A stretch of DNA of 64,000 bases, from contig NC_058368.1 of NCBI RefSeq assembly GCF_018350175.1, positions 44,146,001 through 44,210,000 of the forward strand. Reading direction: 5' to 3'. The notes below the pieces were generated by a model. That model was not told the origin of the DNA. It saw only the letters and a list, made by a program, of their open reading frames with translations, and searched no databases. Each line of letters starts with the position of its first letter. Positions within the stretch are counted from its first letter, which is position 1. Positions 62,190 through 64,000 of this stretch are shown here, one piece after another. This DNA comes from Felis catus (Eukaryota). A program made the position numbers and the translations under genes.

Positions 62190-62840
62190 ACATTCATTTG
62201 TGCCTTATTTAAGGAGTGTCAATCTCCTATCAGGCACTGCTTTCTTAATGTGAAGGATACAGCTGTGAATAAAACAGGATTTGTTCTCCAATCTGGTTTA
62301 CATGTTTCTATGGGGCACACAAAATTAATAAGTATATAAATACATAAAGAAGATAATATAATGGTAGAGTATAACATATGCCAAAAAGAAGTGATTGACA
62401 AGGAATGGATGGTGAGAATAATTTATATTGGACAGTTTGAAAATAGAGGTTGAATCAAGGTCTGAACAACATACAAAAATCAACCAAGGGAACATCAGGA
62501 AGCAAACCGTTCCAGACAAAGCAAATAACTAATCCAAGACTAAAACTTGGAAGCATCTCAATGTGTTCAAGAAGCATAAAGATGGTCTATGTGCTGGAAT
62601 TCAGAAAGGTAGGGAAATGAGAATAGGATATATGTTCAAGAAGGTTAAAAGATTTAAAATTTGTTCAACCTTATGGTAAACCAAAGGCTATTGGGGAGAT
62701 TTACATTAGGAGAGGAGAATGATATGATTTTCTTTCATAAGGTCTCAGAAGTCACTGAATAGAATGGGAGAAAGGAAAGTAGTTAGAAAGCTATTTTAAT
62801 ACTCTAGTGACAAATGACAGTGGTTCAGACTAGAAATATG
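62190..62840 (-). mobile_element. L2 3' region
   Basis: cattcatt..tatttaaggagtg..caggcactg..ggatacagctgtgaataaaacag..gtgttcaagaagcataaagatggtc. Confidence 0.8.
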
Positions 62841-63480
62841 AGGAAAGATTTAAAGAAAAAAAGAAAGAAAGAAATTAAAGTTTCAACAAATTCTTCTTTT
62901 GTCCTAAACTACTACTATGAATTGGGTTTTTGTCTATTGCAACCAAAAGAATATTAGCTAATAAAAGAGTATCCAATCCTGCTATGAAGTAAAGGAAGAT
63001 AATAGGTGAAAATATCCACTGAATTTGGCATTCAATACAACAAAGTCAGTGTCAGCTGTGGATATGACATATTTATCCTAGCAAACCTCTAAAAATGTCC
63101 TTTGATATCCCTGTGAAAATGTTCAAAATGTGAACTATAATAGAATAAAACCATTTATATAAAAACTATCAAGATGGATGTTAAGTGAGGTCTCTGGTAT
63201 TTTATTATATGGATAGCCTCATGTCATTTATAAATTAATCAAATTAAAATATGAGATATTGTTTTTAAAACTCTGGATACAGAGAAAATTTACAGAATGA
63301 CTAATGAGTTAAATAAAATAATTGGTATTTAAAACTGCTTCACAATATTAGATAGATGGTCTGAATGTAGCAAGCTGAATTAATAGCAATTTTTTAAAAA
63401 ATTAAACTTTAAAAACACTACATTAATTCATGTGGTATAACATGGCATGAACTCAAATTAATAGCTTATTTGAATAATAC

Positions 63481-63526
63481 CTGATGTTCTAGGAGTTGAT
63501 GAACTCAATATGAGGTCTGTGTCCTG
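63481..63526 (-). CDS. Candidate 46-nt exon
   Basis: Branch-like ctaat, tract ttcacttttattctatcaatcag, donor cag|gtatta; phase 0 to 1 reads QDTDLILSSSTPRTS. Confidence 0.4.
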
Positions 63527-63890
63527 CTGATTGATAGAATAAAAGTGAAATTAGTTCATATTAATAGACATGTATGTTTGAATAAATTATCCAAAATTCT
63601 CTTTGGAGTACTAGATCATTTATATGTGTTATAATTTAAGATAGGCATAGATAATAGTCAGAAACATGTCCTATGGTGTGTGAAACCATGACTTATGAAA
63701 AAATCAAGATTCAGAGATTTGCAAAAAGTTAGTATGAGGATATGACAGCTGAGTTCAGTTAATTTTTTTTCCTGTTAAATACTTCTTTATATACTGTTCC
63801 AGAGGAATAATCTATAGTATTTGGTTGTTAAAATATGTAAAGAGATCAATATTGGGAAGAACCTACTAAGAATATTATTAAGAATCTTAC

Positions 63891-63949
63891 CTCTGGCTCA
63901 ATTACTTCTAAAATAGTCTGCTCTGCTCTGTCATTATAAATGTTTAAAG
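63891..63949 (-). CDS. Candidate exon (5' boundary uncertain; frame open to about 63995)
   Basis: Strong donor gag|gtaaga; reads (CLLHFSELISALA)LNIYNDRAEQTILEVIEPE, ending in phase 0. Confidence 0.4.
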
Positions 63950-64000
63950 CTAGGGCAGATATCAGTTCAGAAAAATGGAGCAAGCATGTAGAAAATTAAG

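Noticed and set aside
1..64000. tRNA genes, CRISPR arrays or prokaryotic systems
   Set aside because: The tRNA-like A/B boxes belong to SINE heads, there are no regularly spaced repeat-spacer arrays, and the sequence is mammalian.

Overview
AT-rich mammalian genomic DNA, almost certainly from a felid or related carnivore: about 30 tRNA-derived Can-SINEs including young SINEC_Fc-like copies with long target-site duplications (TSDs), plus carnivore-type L1 3' ends. Roughly half the window is recognisable repeats (SINE, L1, L2, CR1/L3, MIR, MaLR/ERVL/ERV1 LTRs, microsatellites). Most entries in the ORF track come from these repeats or are chance frames. Reading the non-repeat DNA for splice sites and translating by hand gave three candidate multi-exon loci that the ORF track does not assemble. 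(1) A heavily decayed minus-strand gene at about 0.25-24.8 kb, with remnants of a MAM domain, several Ig-like domains, and possibly a signal peptide and a transmembrane exon; several exon remnants are interrupted by Can-SINEs, suggesting a unitary pseudogene of an Ig/MAM cell-surface protein I cannot name. (2) A plus-strand three-exon unit at 36.2-45.1 kb that reads either as a stop-disrupted secreted precursor with a KREKR site or, in another frame, as an intact 49-aa single-pass microprotein. (3) The 3' end of a minus-strand gene at 56.0-64.0 kb, with small phase-compatible exons and a GPI-signal-like C-terminus. All gene calls come from manual translation and motif recognition, with no database search. 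Repeat subfamily names are recalled from consensus sequences and boundaries are approximate.
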